A stretch of DNA of 54,040 bases, filler included, from Sluysia triapertura (lineage: Eukaryota), in the NCBI GenBank assembly GCA_046118255.1. It is 4 parts of 4 records of this genome, joined end to end, with 100 filler letters (N's around TTAATTAATTAA, not from the genome) between each part and the next. Parts side by side here need not be neighbours in the genome. Positions count along the whole stretch, not along the records: positions 41,159 to 54,040 come from JBJNIA010075385.1; 3 more parts are not named here. The stretch is one strand, 5' to 3'. Below are positions 53,250 to 54,040 of this stretch, piece after piece; within the stretch, counting starts at the first letter, position 1, and the number at the start of each line of letters is the position of its first letter. A program made the position numbers and the translations under genes. Below the pieces are notes generated by a model. The model was not told the origin of the DNA, did not search any database, and worked only from the letters and a program-made list of their open reading frames with translations.

Positions 53250-53740
53250 AAATGAGGTTGAAATGTTTGTGAAATGGTTTGCTTGGGAATGAGAACCTTA
53301 AAAAATTGAGTGTGAGTAAATGGAAATTAATTAAAATGTAAAAACTAAAGTTAAATTCATTATTTTTAAGTATGTCAATAATAAAAATTGTTATTTTTTA
53401 ATGTAAGAAGTGATTCGTGAAAAAATAGATCGAGTAGAGTAGAAGAAAAGTAAGAATATTGAATTGTTTTGTTTTATAAGGTTTAATCTTTAAGAGTTTT
53501 TGTTGATTTTTGAAAGAGTAATTTCTGATTGCGAATGTAGAAATGATTGGATATTATAAAAGTATAAATTAGAACACTTAGGCATTTTTTACTTACACAA
53601 GAAAATGGGAGACAACATTCACAGGTGATCGCGAAAAGAAGATCCATGCTTTTGCTAACGTGTTTTTTAATTTTTTATAAATATTAATTTTATTCAAGAA
53701 TCCTTTATTGACCTCCTTAAAATAATATTTTAAATATTAA
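53250..53740 (-). repeat. second copy of the 33515-34120 repeat (possible APE region)
   Basis: Shared blocks listed for copy 1; minus frame STLLDLFFTN. Confidence 0.55.
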
Positions 53741-53916
53741 TTTAATTTCACAAATATTTTGCTATAATATCTTAGATTTTATAATTACTGATCTAGTTAA
53801 AGTAATTTTTTATAAACATTGATAAGGAATATTTTATCATAGTGTCTTAAAGTTTATTATTATTAAAGTTTATTATTAAAATAAATTTTTATTTTAAATA
53901 AATATTAATTTAAGCT

Positions 53917-54014
53917 ATTGTGGGAATACTAAGAGAGAATAGAATAAAATGAAAAACTTATTTTGAGTTCACCAACGTACTGGACTTACCGGTTAGGGCC
54001 AGCCGTTGGATTTT
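53917..54014. repeat. repeat containing a 38-bp hairpin (copy 2)
   Basis: CCAACGTACTGGACTTACCGGTTAGGGCCAGCCGTTGG at 53972-54009. Confidence 0.85.
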
Positions 54015-54040
54015 ACTATGTAAAGTGCGAGATTTACCTA

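Noticed and set aside
1-54040. CRISPR arrays, rRNA/tRNA genes, prokaryotic operons
   Set aside because: None seen; the sequence is eukaryotic with spliceosomal introns, and tRNA-like strings are only short PBS complements.

Overview
Very AT-rich eukaryotic (animal) genomic DNA, made of four contigs joined by artificial 100-bp N/TTAATTAATTAA linkers. Synapsin, an axonemal dynein fragment and 38-56 nt introns point to a ciliated invertebrate, plausibly a flatworm (inference). Intact-looking host exons: five in-phase synapsin exons (+, 19996-24049), a two-exon 3' gene end (-, 4977-6728) and one terminal exon (+, 50511-50861). The rest is mostly decayed transposons: Tc1/Tc3, mariner, DD41D/rosa, Tigger/pogo, a piggyBac MITE, an RLE-type non-LTR retroelement, degraded LINEs and several LTR-like blocks, two with tRNA primer-binding sites. 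Most interesting: (i) intronless decayed host-gene fragments (cullin-3 C-terminus, dynein heavy chain) each sitting just behind an LTR-like block and a pyrimidine tract, suggesting LTR-mediated capture of host mRNA; (ii) a dispersed CCAAT + heat-shock-element repeat in three copies; (iii) a repeated 38-bp hairpin with a compensatory base-pair change; (iv) many decayed orphan ORFs on the minus strand. All protein identifications are by-eye motif recognition, not database searches.
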